In this document: one piece after another, positions 37,527 through 46,438 of the stretch
How positions within the stretch are numbered: position 1 is the first letter of the stretch
Layout: the number at the start of each line of letters is the position of its first letter
Source: Woeseiaceae bacterium
GTDB taxonomy: Bacteria > Pseudomonadota > Gammaproteobacteria > Steroidobacterales > Woeseiaceae
Direction: 5' to 3'
DNA: 64,000 nt
NCBI GenBank assembly: GCA_035655155.1
Contig: DASRVH010000107.1
Coordinates: 25,814 to 89,813, forward strand
Notes under the pieces: model-generated
The model's input: the letters and a program-made list of their open reading frames with translations, nothing else
Told to the model about the DNA's origin: nothing
Database searches by the model: none
Made by a program: the position numbers and the translations under genes

Positions 37527-37585
37527 TAGCAGGGTTCCAGGAGGCGGTGCGTGCCGCGCCGCCCCGCGCATTCAGAGGGAGAACC

Positions 37586-38809
37586 ATGGCGAGCGAATCG
37601 GGGAATCGTGACATTAACCGGGGACCGCTGTCCGACCTGCGGGTGATCGAGATGGGCACGCTGCTGGCCGGCCCTTTCTGCGGCCAGCTCATGGGCGATT
37701 TCGGCGCGGAGGTCGTCAAGATCGAGCCGCCCGGCCAGGGCGATCCCATGCGCGATTGGGGCCAGGAGAAGGCCCACGGCCAGTCCCTCTGGTGGCCAGT
37801 GATCGCGCGCAACAAGAAATCCGTCACGGTCAACCTTCGGGTCGAGGAAGGCCAGCAGATCGTTCGCGACCTGGTCCGCGAAGCCGATTTCCTGCTGGAG
37901 AATTTTCGTCCCGGCACGATGGAGCGCTGGAACCTCTCCTACGAGGAGCTGAAGAAGATCAACCCGGGCCTCATCATGATCCGGGTGTCGGGCTTCGGCC
38001 AGACCGGCCCCTATGCCAAACGGGCCGGCTTCGGCGCGGTCGGCGAGTCGATGGGCGGGCTGCGCTACGTCTGCGGCGACCCGTCCGCGCCGCCGAGCCG
38101 GGTGGGCATCAGCATCGGTGACTCCCTGGCAGCCACCTTCGCCACCGTCGGTGCGCTCGCGGCGCTGCATCACCGGGAACGCACCGGCGAGGGGCAGGTG
38201 GTCGATTCGGCCATCTACGAGGCGGTGCTCAACATGATGGAATCCCTCATCACCGAGTACGACAAGGCAGGCTACATTCGCGAGCGCCAGGGCTCCATCC
38301 TGCCCGGCGTCGCCCCGTCCAACGTCTACCCCACCCGCGACGACAAGCTGCTGCTGATCGCCGCCAACCAGGACACCGTGTTCCGGCGCCTGGCCGCCGC
38401 CATGGGCCGGCCGGAGCTCGCGGAGGACGAGCGCTACCACAACCACTCGGCCCGCGGCGCGCACCAGCAGGAACTCGACGAGCTGGTGGCCGACTGGACC
38501 CGCACCAAGGATCAGAAGGAACTCATCGAACTCATGGAGGAACACGGCATCCCGGCGGGCGGCATCTACCGCGCCCCCGAAATGCTGGAGGATGCCCATT
38601 TCCAGGCCCGCCAGGCGATCATCGAAACGATGCACCCGGAGCTGGGCACGCTGAAGATGCAGAACGTGGCGCCGAAACTCTCGGGCACGCCCGGCTCGGT
38701 GCGCAGTCCGGGCCCCGCCCTCGGCCAGCACACCGACGAGGTCCTCGCGGATCTGCCCGGCTACGACGCCGAACGGCTGCAGGCACTGCACGAGAACGGG
38801 GTGATCTGA
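37586..38809 (+). CDS. Family III (CaiB/BaiF) acyl-CoA transferase
   Basis: ATG 37586 is preceded by AGAGGGAGA. LSDLRVIEMGTLLAGPFCGQLMGDFGAEVVKIEPPGQGDP is the family III signature. Confidence 0.85.
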   Translation: MASESGNRDINRGPLSDLRVIEMGTLLAGPFCGQLMGDFGAEVVKIEPPGQGDPMRDWGQEKAHGQSLWWPVIARNKKSVTVNLRVEEGQQIVRDLVREADFLLENFRPGTMERWNLSYEELKKINPGLIMIRVSGFGQTGPYAKRAGFGAVGESMGGLRYVCGDPSAPPSRVGISIGDSLAATFATVGALAALHHRERTGEGQVVDSAIYEAVLNMMESLITEYDKAGYIRERQGSILPGVAPSNVYPTRDDKLLLIAANQDTVFRRLAAAMGRPELAEDERYHNHSARGAHQQELDELVADWTRTKDQKELIELMEEHGIPAGGIYRAPEMLEDAHFQARQAIIETMHPELGTLKMQNVAPKLSGTPGSVRSPGPALGQHTDEVLADLPGYDAERLQALHENGVI

Positions 38810-38810
38810 G

Positions 38811-39458
38811 GTGGCGGACAGGCTCGAGGACGATTACCGGCAGGCCGGCTTCGGCCGCGCGCTGCAGCCGGGGACGCGCCCGGCGCTCCTCGTCGTCGAC
38901 TTCGTGCGCGCTTATCTCGACCCCGACTGCCCCCTCTACGCCGGGGTGGAAGACACTCTCGCGCGCTGCCGGGCGCTGCTCGCCGGAGCCCGGGATGCCG
39001 GCATCCCGGTGCTGCACACCAACGTGGCCTTCACGCCCGGCGGCATCGACGGCGGCGTGTTCTATCGCAAGGTGGGGGCGCTGCGCTGCCTCGACCGCGG
39101 GTCTCCCCATGGCGAGTTCGCCGACGGCCTCGAGCCGCTGGAAGGCGAGCCGGTGGTGACCAAACAGTACGCCAGCGCGTTCTTCGGCACTTCCCTCGCA
39201 TCGACGCTGACGAGCCTCGGCGTCGATACCGTGTTCATTGCGGGACTGACGACCAGCGGCTGCATCCGTGCCACCACCGTGGACGCCACCCAGCACGGCT
39301 TCGTGCCCTTCGTCGTGCGCGAGGCGGTCGGGGACCGGGACCCGGCGCCGCACGAGGCGAATCTGTTCGATCTGCAGGCGAAGTATGCGGAGGTCATCGG
39401 GCTCGATGCCGCCCTCGGCCACCTCGCCCGGCACGCAGCGGAGGCGAGCCAGTCATGA
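38811..39458 (+). CDS. Isochorismatase-family cysteine hydrolase (amidase-like, e.g. N-carbamoylsarcosine-amidase type)
   Basis: The GTG start lies 1 nt after the upstream stop. ALLVVDF carries the catalytic Asp region, KQYASAFF the Lys, and GLTTSGCIRATTVDA the catalytic Cys. Confidence 0.8.
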   Translation: MADRLEDDYRQAGFGRALQPGTRPALLVVDFVRAYLDPDCPLYAGVEDTLARCRALLAGARDAGIPVLHTNVAFTPGGIDGGVFYRKVGALRCLDRGSPHGEFADGLEPLEGEPVVTKQYASAFFGTSLASTLTSLGVDTVFIAGLTTSGCIRATTVDATQHGFVPFVVREAVGDRDPAPHEANLFDLQAKYAEVIGLDAALGHLARHAAEASQS

Positions 39459-40324
39459 TAGGCCCCATACGCTGCGTCACCGTCACCGTGCCGGACCTGG
39501 CCCACGCGGTGGAGACCTACCGGGACTATCTCGGCCACGAACCTTTCCACGAGGAACGGCTGGCGGCCGCCCAGGCGGACTACCTGGGCGCCCCTGCTCT
39601 CGCCGGCGCGGACTGCGCGCTCCTGAGACCGGCCGGCGGCGGCGATTTCTGTTTCCGCTTCATCGTCCAGCCGCTGCCGCCCGGATACCGTCCCCTGACG
39701 ACCTGGGGCTGGAACGCCGCCGAGCTGATCGTGGAGGACGTCGACCGGCTGGCGGCCGAACTCGGGGACTCTCCGTTTCGTATCGTCGGCCCGCCGGAGG
39801 ACCTGTCTTTCTCGGACGCCATCCGGGCGATGCAGGTCATCGGGCCGGCGGAAGAAGTGCTCTACCTGACCATGGTCAAGCAGCCGCTGCCCGGGTTCGA
39901 TCTGCCGACGCCGGCCTGCCCCGTGGACCGCACCTTCATCGTCATCCTAGGCGGCACGGACATGGAAGCCATGCAGGCGTTCTACCGCGACAGCTTCGGC
40001 GTCCCGGAGGCGCCGGTAATGGATGCCCGCATCTCGGTGCTGTCCCGGGCGCTGGATTTGCCGGCCGATACCATGCACCCCATCGCCGCGATGCCGCTGG
40101 CAGGCCGGTCCCTGATCGAGGTGGACGACTATCCCGCCGCGACGACACCGCGGGACTGCCCGCCCGGCGGACTGCCGCCGGGCATCGCGATGGTGAGCTT
40201 CGCCGCCAACGCCCTGCCGGACGATCTTCCGGCCGGCCGCTTCTCCGCTCCGCCGTATCACGGCGCGCGCAGCGTCCTCACCACGGGCGCGGCCGGCGAA
40301 CTGGTCGAACTCATCCAGGCCTGA
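39455..40324 (+). CDS. VOC-superfamily (glyoxalase/dioxygenase-fold) protein, two-module
   Basis: The ATG overlaps the upstream stop (ATGA). 289 aa with the N-terminal pattern IRCVTVTVPDLAHAVETYRDYLG, typical of VOC modules. The assignment is by pattern only. Confidence 0.55.
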   Translation: MIGPIRCVTVTVPDLAHAVETYRDYLGHEPFHEERLAAAQADYLGAPALAGADCALLRPAGGGDFCFRFIVQPLPPGYRPLTTWGWNAAELIVEDVDRLAAELGDSPFRIVGPPEDLSFSDAIRAMQVIGPAEEVLYLTMVKQPLPGFDLPTPACPVDRTFIVILGGTDMEAMQAFYRDSFGVPEAPVMDARISVLSRALDLPADTMHPIAAMPLAGRSLIEVDDYPAATTPRDCPPGGLPPGIAMVSFAANALPDDLPAGRFSAPPYHGARSVLTTGAAGELVELIQA

Positions 40325-40418
40325 CCCCTCGATCCGCCGGTCTGGACACCGCCTCCACAGCGATGCCCGGGGCCGACAGGCGTCGCGCTGCAATGCACAA
40401 ACGCCCTTTCATACACCG

Positions 40419-40424
40419 TATAAT
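40419..40424 (+). promoter_or_regulatory. Consensus -10 hexamer TATAAT upstream of the acyl-CoA dehydrogenase gene
   Basis: A perfect TATAAT lies 24 nt upstream of ATG 40449, which itself follows AAGGAG. The -35 is weak. Confidence 0.4.
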
Positions 40425-40448
40425 CGGGGCGGACAAAAGGAGCTGACT

Positions 40449-41612
40449 ATGGATTTTTCACTGACCGAAGACCAGGAGATGATCCAGGCCGCGGCACGTG
40501 AGTTCGCGCAGAACGAGATCGCGCCGGTCGCAGCCAGATTCGACGAGAGCGGGGAGTTCCCCGAGGAGACCATCCGCAAGGCAGGCGAGCTCGGCTTCAT
40601 GGGCATCGAGGTGCCCGAGGAGTATGGCGGCGCGGGCCTCGACGCCGTCGGCTATGTCCTGATGATGGAGGAGATCGCCGCGGCGGACGCCGCCCACAGT
40701 ACGATCGTCTCCGTGAACAACTCCCTCTATTGCAACGGCATACTGCTGTTCGGCAGCGAGGAGCAGAAGAAAGCGTTCGTGACGCCGGTCGCCTCGGGTG
40801 AAGCCATCGGCGCCTACGCGCTCACCGAACCCCAGTCGGGCTCCGATGCCGGCAACATGCGCTCCCGCGCCGTGCTGTCCGAAGACGGCAGCCATTACGT
40901 GATCAATGCCAAGAAGTCCTGGATCACGTCCGGCCCGGTCGCTCGCTATCTGGTGCTGTTCGCCATGACCGATCCCGACAAGGGCGCCGGCGGCGTCAGC
41001 GCTTTCCTGATCGATACGGAGAAGGAAGGCTTCAGCCGCGGCAAGACGGAGCCAAAGCTCGGCATCCGCGCCTCGGCCACCTGTGAGATCGAGCTGGAGG
41101 AATACCAGTGCCCCGTGGAGTGGCGCCTCGGCGACGAGGGCGAGGGCTTCAAGATCGCCATGACCGTGCTCGATGCCGGGCGCATCGGCATCGCTGCCCA
41201 GGCTGTGGGCATCGCGCGGGCCGCCTACGAGGCGTCGCTGGAGTACGCCAGGGAGCGCGAGGCGTTCGGATCCCCCATCGGCAGCTTCCAGATGATCCAG
41301 GCCAAGATCGCCGACATGAAGACCCGCCTGGAGGCGGCGCGGCTGTTGACCCTGCGCGCCGCGTGGGCGAAGGACGAGGCGAAGAAGACCGGCGCGCGCA
41401 ACACGCTGAACGGCAGCCTGGCGAAACTGTTCGCCTCCGAAGCAGCCATGTACATCACTCACCAGGCCGTGCAGATTCACGGCGGGATGGGCTACAGCAA
41501 GGAGTTGCCGGTGGAGCGTTATTTCCGCGACGCGAAGATCACGGAGATCTACGAGGGCACCAGCGAGGTACAGCGCATGGTCATCGCGAGGCAGGAGACC
41601 GGGCTGCGCTGA
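40449..41612 (+). CDS. Acyl-CoA dehydrogenase (short/medium-chain type)
   Basis: 387 aa. MDFSLTEDQEMIQAAAREFAQNEIAP... and the C-terminus IHGGMGYSKELPVERYFRDAKITEIYEGTSEVQRMVIAR. Confidence 0.9.
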   Translation: MDFSLTEDQEMIQAAAREFAQNEIAPVAARFDESGEFPEETIRKAGELGFMGIEVPEEYGGAGLDAVGYVLMMEEIAAADAAHSTIVSVNNSLYCNGILLFGSEEQKKAFVTPVASGEAIGAYALTEPQSGSDAGNMRSRAVLSEDGSHYVINAKKSWITSGPVARYLVLFAMTDPDKGAGGVSAFLIDTEKEGFSRGKTEPKLGIRASATCEIELEEYQCPVEWRLGDEGEGFKIAMTVLDAGRIGIAAQAVGIARAAYEASLEYAREREAFGSPIGSFQMIQAKIADMKTRLEAARLLTLRAAWAKDEAKKTGARNTLNGSLAKLFASEAAMYITHQAVQIHGGMGYSKELPVERYFRDAKITEIYEGTSEVQRMVIARQETGLR

Positions 41613-41633
41613 GCGCTCGCGCCGCTGCCTGCG

Positions 41634-41954
41634 TCAGAGTTCGTTCTCGGCAACGTAGACGAGGAGCCCGTCCAGCTCGTCCGTCACCTCGATCTGGCAG
41701 GTGAGTCGACTCGTCGGCCGGCGCTCGTAGGCGGCGTCCAGCATGCTGTCTTCCATGTCGTCCATGTCGGGCAGCTTGTCGAGCCAGGCCTCGTCGATGT
41801 ACGCGTGGCAGGTGGCACAGGCGCAAGCGCCGCCGCATTCCGCAACGATGCCCTCGATGTTGTTGTCCATCGCGCCTTCCATGACCGTGTAGCCGGTCTC
41901 GACCTCGACGTCGTGTCGCTCTCCGTCGGTGCTGACGTAGGTGATCCTGGGCAT
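41634..41954 (-). CDS. 2Fe-2S ferredoxin, adrenodoxin/putidaredoxin type
   Basis: 106 aa. The cluster ligands are in CGGACACATCH plus a distal C in RLTCQI. Confidence 0.85.
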   Translation of the reverse strand: MPRITYVSTDGERHDVEVETGYTVMEGAMDNNIEGIVAECGGACACATCHAYIDEAWLDKLPDMDDMEDSMLDAAYERRPTSRLTCQIEVTDELDGLLVYVAENEL

Positions 41955-41967
41955 TATCCGCTCTCAC

Positions 41968-41995
41968 AAAAAAGGCGCGCCGGCCTCGACGCGCC
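41968..41995 (-). terminator. Intrinsic terminator downstream of the TonB2-type cluster
   Basis: The minus strand reads GGCGCGTCG-AGGC-CGGCGCGCC (about a 9-bp stem including one G-U pair) followed by TTTTTT (41968..41973). It lies 60 nt after the TPR gene stop and 14 nt before the ferredoxin ATG. Confidence 0.7.
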
Positions 41996-42055
41996 GTAGT
42001 TCATAAAACACCGTTTCGCGCCGACCCGGGGCCGGCCCGAGATGACTGCCGACGA

Positions 42056-43372
42056 TTACTCGTTCTGGGCGATGGCCTGGCGCAGCTGCTCCAGCCGCTC
42101 GATCTCGCCGTCGATCACGCTGATCCACTGGCTGCCGATCTTGCGGTACTCGTCGTCCCGGCGCACGGCCATGAAGGTCTGCCGCGCATCCTGATAGCGA
42201 TCCAGGTTGTACTGGCACATGCCGATGGTGATGCGCACGTCGTTGGGCTCGCGCACACCGCCCTTGTCCAGCGCCTGGCGGCCCGCCTGGATGCAGTCGT
42301 CGTAGCGATCGAGATTCAGGTATGCGACCGCCAGGCGGGCATTCAGCTCACCGTCGTCGCTCAGCCGCGCCGCCTGCTGCAGCGCCGGAACCGCCTGCTC
42401 CGGCTCCTGGGCGAGCTGCCACGCCTGGGACAGCAGCCGGTAGTTTTTGCCCGTCTCCTCGATATTGCCGTTCTCCATGCCCTCGGACAGGACTCTGGCG
42501 GCCTTGTAGGGAATCTCGCCCTGCAGATAGAGCTGCGCAAGGGTGACGAGCTCGCTCTCGGAGGACAGCAGGTCCTGCGTGTAGGCGGCGTCGTAGGCGG
42601 CCAGCATGTTCTTCTCTTCGCCGAGCTCGGAATAAACCCCGGCCAGCGCCGTCCAGTAGCTCTTCTTCGGCCAGTTCGCCAGGAGGATCTTGAGGATGTC
42701 CTTGACCTTGGCGAAGTTGTTCTGCTGGTAGTAACCGTAGTAGAGCAGGTTCCACCATTCCTCGCGGACCTCGGTATCGCGCTCGCGCGCGACCTCGATG
42801 GCCTTCTCGATCTGCGGGATCATCAGGTCGTACTGTTCCGTCTGCGCGTAGGACTGCCCGAGCAGGACGTAGGCCTGAGGACCCGGATTGTTGGCGATCT
42901 GGAACCACTCCTTCAGCAGCTGGATGGTCTTGGTGAAATTCTCCTGCACTGCGTAGAGCTGGGCGAGCGTATACAGCGTCTGGGTGCGCAGCTGCGGCTC
43001 GAGTTCCGGGATCGAGAGCAGCCTCTCGTAGGATTCCACGGCTTTCGCCGTATTGCCCTGGTTGTAATAGATGAAGCCGTAGAAGTTCAGCATGTTGGCC
43101 CGCTCGTAGTCGCTCAGCCCCTCGTCGCGGGAGAGCGAATCCAGTATGCGGATGGCCTCGTTGAACTGCTGGTTGTCCGCCAGCTCCTGGGCTTCCGTCA
43201 GCTTCTCGTAGACCGCCTTGCTGAGGGCCTCCGCCTTGCGCGTCTTCTGATTGTCGCGCGCCTCCTGATCGTCCTGAGCCAGGGCCGTGGGAGCCAGCGG
43301 CACCATGCAGATGCCAACCAGGGCAGCCAGCAGGGTATGGCGGAAGTTCCGGGTGAAGAATTTCGTCATCAT
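42056..43372 (-). CDS. TPR-repeat protein of the TonB2-type cluster (TtpD-like)
   Basis: 438 aa with a signal peptide (LLAALVGICMVPLAPTALAQ) and multiple TPR-like repeats. It is the last gene after tonB, as in Vibrio ttpB-ttpC-exbB2-exbD2-tonB2-ttpD. Confidence 0.7.
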   Translation of the reverse strand: MMTKFFTRNFRHTLLAALVGICMVPLAPTALAQDDQEARDNQKTRKAEALSKAVYEKLTEAQELADNQQFNEAIRILDSLSRDEGLSDYERANMLNFYGFIYYNQGNTAKAVESYERLLSIPELEPQLRTQTLYTLAQLYAVQENFTKTIQLLKEWFQIANNPGPQAYVLLGQSYAQTEQYDLMIPQIEKAIEVARERDTEVREEWWNLLYYGYYQQNNFAKVKDILKILLANWPKKSYWTALAGVYSELGEEKNMLAAYDAAYTQDLLSSESELVTLAQLYLQGEIPYKAARVLSEGMENGNIEETGKNYRLLSQAWQLAQEPEQAVPALQQAARLSDDGELNARLAVAYLNLDRYDDCIQAGRQALDKGGVREPNDVRITIGMCQYNLDRYQDARQTFMAVRRDDEYRKIGSQWISVIDGEIERLEQLRQAIAQNE

Positions 43373-43406
43373 CAGTGAATCCCGTTAATGGCTGTCCAGG
43401 ACGCGG

Positions 43407-44012
43407 TCAGTCCTCCAGTTCGAAGCGGATGCGCGTCTTCACGCCCGGCACCTCGACCGGCTGACCGTCTACGACGCGCGGCTTGTACTTGAACTTGAGC
43501 ACGGCGCGCATGGCCGCACGGTTGAACAGGCTGCTGGTCGAGTAGTTCACCACCGGGTCTTTCACGGTACCCGCCGTGGTCACCGTGAATTCGAGGTCCA
43601 CGTACCCCTCGATACCCCGTGACAATGCCCGGCTCGGATAGATGGGGGCGACGCGCACGATGGGCAGGTACTCCCCATCGGTGTAGGACAGGGCGCCGGG
43701 CCCGGAGATGCTCACGTCGGTGGAAGAGGAAGGCGGCCGCACGTTGATCGCAGGCGCGTTCGGATCGATGTCGTCCTGGGACGGCGGAGGCGTATCCGGC
43801 GGCGGCTGCTGCGGCTTCGGCGGCTTCTCCGGTTTCGGCTCCTCGACGTTGACGATCTCCTGCTTTTTCACCCGGACGAAGTCCAGGAAATAACGCTTCT
43901 GGGGATCCGTCAGCGCGCTCTCACCGGTCTCGATCAGGAACTGCATCAGGAAAAGCAGCCCGAAGGTGACCGCGACGCCGCTCACGATGGCAATGACATA
44001 CCGGACGATCAT
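43407..44012 (-). CDS. tonB: Energy transducer TonB
   Basis: N-terminal TM, a Pro-rich spacer (EEPKPEKPPKPQQPPPDTPPP) and a C-terminal TonB domain (YPSRALSRGIEGYVDLEFTV). Confidence 0.9.
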   Translation of the reverse strand: MIVRYVIAIVSGVAVTFGLLFLMQFLIETGESALTDPQKRYFLDFVRVKKQEIVNVEEPKPEKPPKPQQPPPDTPPPSQDDIDPNAPAINVRPPSSSTDVSISGPGALSYTDGEYLPIVRVAPIYPSRALSRGIEGYVDLEFTVTTAGTVKDPVVNYSTSSLFNRAAMRAVLKFKYKPRVVDGQPVEVPGVKTRIRFELED

Positions 44013-44083
44013 ACTCTAGCCTCCGTTCCGGAAACCGGAACCCTTGTCACTGGACGGCCGCCTGCCCGCCATCGGCGCCATCC

Positions 44084-44497
44084 TCAGTCCTCGTTCGCGG
44101 CAATCGAGACGTTGTACACGCCGGCCTGCCGCGCCGCGTCCATGACCTGGACCAGCGTCTCGTTGTAGGACTTCTTGTCCGCCTGGATCACCACCGATCC
44201 TTTCGGGTTTTCGGCATGCAGCCGTTCGATGTTGGCCCGTACCGCACGCGGATCCACGCGGCGCCGGTCGATCCAGATCTCGTTATTGTCGCTGATCGCG
44301 ATCAGGATGTTCGCGTTCTCCTTCCGCTCCGCCGTCGGAGCATCCGGCCGGTTCACATCGATGCCGGCTTCCTTGATGAACGAAGCCGTCACGATGAAGA
44401 AGATCAGCATGATGAACACCACGTCGAGCATGGGTGTCAGGTTGATCTCGTTTTCTTCCTCTTCTGCGCCGCCCATGGCGCCGATCGGTCTGCGCAT
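44084..44497 (-). CDS. exbD: Biopolymer transporter ExbD/TolR
   Basis: 137 aa. INLTPMLDVVFIMLIFFIV is the canonical ExbD TM segment with the conserved Asp. Confidence 0.9.
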   Translation of the reverse strand: MRRPIGAMGGAEEEENEINLTPMLDVVFIMLIFFIVTASFIKEAGIDVNRPDAPTAERKENANILIAISDNNEIWIDRRRVDPRAVRANIERLHAENPKGSVVIQADKKSYNETLVQVMDAARQAGVYNVSIAANED

Positions 44498-44518
44498 TAT
44501 TCGGTCCTCTGGTGAACT

Positions 44519-45046
44519 CTAGTGATCCATGGTCAGCGAGTCTTCGAGCATGATCACCTCATGCTCCGCGCGTCTCGATAGTATTGTGACAAGCAGGACG
44601 CCGGAAAGTGCGCCGACCATGCCGGCCATCGTGGGAATGGTGGCTTTGGAGACGCCGGCCGCCATCGAGCGGACGTTGCCGCTGCCGGCGAACGCCATGA
44701 CCTCGAACACCTCGATCATGCCCGTCACGGTACCCAGCAGCCCGAGCAGCGGACAGAGCGCAACGAGCGTCTTGATGAAGCCGAGACCCTGATTGGCCGC
44801 CATCGAGACCCGGGAGATCATCGCATCCCGGATCTGATGGGCGTTCCAGGACTGGCGCTCCGAACGCGCCTCCCAGTCCTCCAGTACCTGCCGTGAAAGT
44901 GCCCGCAGGTTGCCCCGGAAGAAGATCAGGCGCTCGACGATCAGCAGCCACATGACGAAGATCGTCACCGCGATCAGGTTCAGCACGGGCCCGCCGAGCT
45001 CCATGAAGTCCCGTACGGCGAGGAGTGCGTCTTCGAGCCAGACCAT
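44519..45046 (-). CDS. exbB: MotA/TolQ/ExbB proton-channel protein (ExbB)
   Basis: 175 aa with 3 TM and LLGLLGTVTGMIEVF. Confidence 0.85.
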   Translation of the reverse strand: MVWLEDALLAVRDFMELGGPVLNLIAVTIFVMWLLIVERLIFFRGNLRALSRQVLEDWEARSERQSWNAHQIRDAMISRVSMAANQGLGFIKTLVALCPLLGLLGTVTGMIEVFEVMAFAGSGNVRSMAAGVSKATIPTMAGMVGALSGVLLVTILSRRAEHEVIMLEDSLTMDH

Positions 45047-45058
45047 GTGCGGCCTCCC

Positions 45059-46438
45059 CTAGCTTGCCGACTTGTGTTCGGCTTCGGAGTGCTCGGCGAT
45101 GATGCCCGCGCTCTGCTCCTGCAGAATATTCAGGATCCGCTTGCTGCGGCCCTGCAGGAACGTGTGCAGGAGCACCATCGGGATGGCGACCACCAGGCCG
45201 AGCACGGTCGTGACCAGTGCCTGGGAGATGCCGCCCGCCATGAGCTTCGGATCGCCGGCGCCGTAAAGCGTGATGACCTGGAAGGTCTTGATCATGCCCG
45301 TCACGGTGCCGAGCAGGCCGGCCAGCGGAGCGACGACCGAGATCACCTTCACGAACAGCAGGCCCCGGCTGAGCTTGGGTGCTTCCTTCAGCACCGCCTC
45401 GCTCAGTTTCAGCTCCAGCGTTTCGGTGTCCACGTTCTTGTTGTCCTCGTAGGCACCGAGCACGCGGCCGAGCGGGTTGTTGCTGTTCGGCTTGTCCGCC
45501 TTCAGCTGCGAGCTGACCTTGCGGTCGGCGACCACCAGGCTGAACAGTGAGACCAGCGCGATCAGCAGACCGAGCAGGCCCAGGCCGATGATGCTGTAGC
45601 CGACCACACCGCCCTGATCCACGCGCTCACGCAGCGTCGGGCGATCCACCAGCTGGGCGAGAATGCCGCCGCGGGTCGGGTCGAGACCGAAGGTCACGGC
45701 ACCTTCTTCCGCATCGAACAGGGCCGCCGTGGAATCGGTGTAGCGGGCCTGCTCCGGCTGCCGCTGCAACTCGACCACGTTGCCGGTTTCGGAGGTGTAG
45801 TTCAGGTAGAAACCGTCGCCGACGATGTTGAACGTGCCGACCCGGACCACCGGGATGGCGGATTCCGCGCCGTCGGCCAGGATGACGCTGCGCTCGAACT
45901 GCACGACCTTGCCGCTCTCGGTCATCTGACGCTGCAGCTCGAACCAGAGGCGCTCGATATCCTCGATGGAGGCGAGCCTGGTGCTGCTCGCCATCGTGGC
46001 GCCGAGCTCCACGAGGAAGTCCTCGCGGCCCGGATACTGCGCGCTGATGAGCGAATTCTGGAACACGCTCTGCGTATCGCCGGCCACCTGCTGCAGCACG
46101 CCGAACAGCTCCTTCAGCGAGCCGAGGCGCTCGTCGAGTTCCGCGGCTGCCGTGGCCAGCTTGCGGTTGTTCTCCTCGAAGAGCTCCTCGAGCTGCTCGC
46201 CGCGCTGTTCCAGGGAGGCGCGTTCATTCCTCGCCTGGTTAAGCAATGCCTGCTGTTCGGACTGACGGCGCCGGAATTCCGCCAGACGCTGTTCGTTCTC
46301 GCGTGCTTCACGCGCCTGGCCCTGCTTCACCATGTCCAGGAGTTCGTCCAGGGAGGCGGCTTCCTGCGCGGTCGCGCTGCCGCTGCCGAGGCCGAATGCG
46401 AGCAGGCCGGTGGCGGCTATGGTTACGATCTTCTTCAT
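45059..46438 (-). CDS. Large MotA/TolQ/ExbB-family protein (TtpC-like)
   Basis: 459 aa with a signal peptide, a long periplasmic coiled region, then a C-terminal ExbB-type module (LAGLLGTVTGMIKTFQ). Confidence 0.8.
   Translation of the reverse strand: MKKIVTIAATGLLAFGLGSGSATAQEAASLDELLDMVKQGQAREARENEQRLAEFRRRQSEQQALLNQARNERASLEQRGEQLEELFEENNRKLATAAAELDERLGSLKELFGVLQQVAGDTQSVFQNSLISAQYPGREDFLVELGATMASSTRLASIEDIERLWFELQRQMTESGKVVQFERSVILADGAESAIPVVRVGTFNIVGDGFYLNYTSETGNVVELQRQPEQARYTDSTAALFDAEEGAVTFGLDPTRGGILAQLVDRPTLRERVDQGGVVGYSIIGLGLLGLLIALVSLFSLVVADRKVSSQLKADKPNSNNPLGRVLGAYEDNKNVDTETLELKLSEAVLKEAPKLSRGLLFVKVISVVAPLAGLLGTVTGMIKTFQVITLYGAGDPKLMAGGISQALVTTVLGLVVAIPMVLLHTFLQGRSKRILNILQEQSAGIIAEHSEAEHKSAS

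Noticed and set aside
39885-39900. GGGTTCGAT, a tRNA T-arm-like string
   Set aside because: It lies inside the VOC-protein coding frame, and no acceptor or anticodon arm can be built around it.
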